Source: Woeseiaceae bacterium | Lineage (GTDB): Bacteria > Pseudomonadota > Gammaproteobacteria > Steroidobacterales > Woeseiaceae | NCBI GenBank assembly: GCA_030066735.1 | Contig: JASJBB010000008.1 | Coordinates: forward strand, 826 to 64,825 | DNA: 64,000 nucleotides | Reading direction: 5' to 3' | Shown here: positions 63,941 through 64,000 of the stretch, in pieces | How the letters are laid out: every line of letters starts with the position of its first letter | Numbering within the stretch: position 1 is the first letter of the stretch | The notes under the pieces: model-generated | What the model saw: the letters and a program-made list of their open reading frames with translations, nothing else | What the model was told of the DNA's origin: nothing | Database searches by the model: none | Made by a program: the position numbers and the translations under genes

Positions 63941-64000
63941 ACTAAATTCCCTTAATTATCAGTCGCATCCGCGAGTTGGCTAGCCAACCGAGATGGTGCG

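Overview
By eye this is a high-GC (about 60-65%), densely packed chromosomal segment of a Gammaproteobacterium. I call about 58 protein-coding genes with very short spacers. I found no rRNA, tRNA, CRISPR array, IS element, integrase or prophage module. Almost everything is conserved housekeeping. From left to right: rpsU/tsaD/folB/folK; uppP and cca; envelope proteases and Slt; hsp20; a split class II ribonucleotide reductase (nrdJa/nrdJb); waaA/tolC; a PAS-GGDEF-EAL protein; an H+-pyrophosphatase next to a PPi-type phosphofructokinase; adk, rnd, mpl; a DUF2946-like gene with a TonB-dependent receptor; hemL; a metK-ahcY-cpdA array; a tkt-gap-pgk-pyk glycolytic array followed by a penicillin-acylase-family gene and a MoxR-ATPase/VWA pair; then the canonical murA/ibaG/yrbG/kdsD/kdsC/lptC/lptA/lptB/rpoN/hpf/ptsN/rapZ cluster. 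I do not see a convincing new multi-gene system such as a defence island, toxin-antitoxin pair or secretion system. The items most worth a second look are modest. (1) A near-consensus LexA/SOS box sits directly upstream of a DUF222/HNH endonuclease gene lying between adk and rnd. (2) A 527-bp AT-rich control region between hsp20 and nrdJ holds a textbook sigma32 promoter, NrdR-type palindromes and a roughly 200-nt structured nrdJ leader. (3) The hppA-pfp pair points to PPi-based energetics. (4) An acylase-MoxR-VWA array is tightly packed. (5) Five convergent gene pairs share a CTAG double stop. All calls rest on reading the translated ORFs and the raw sequence. No database search was run.
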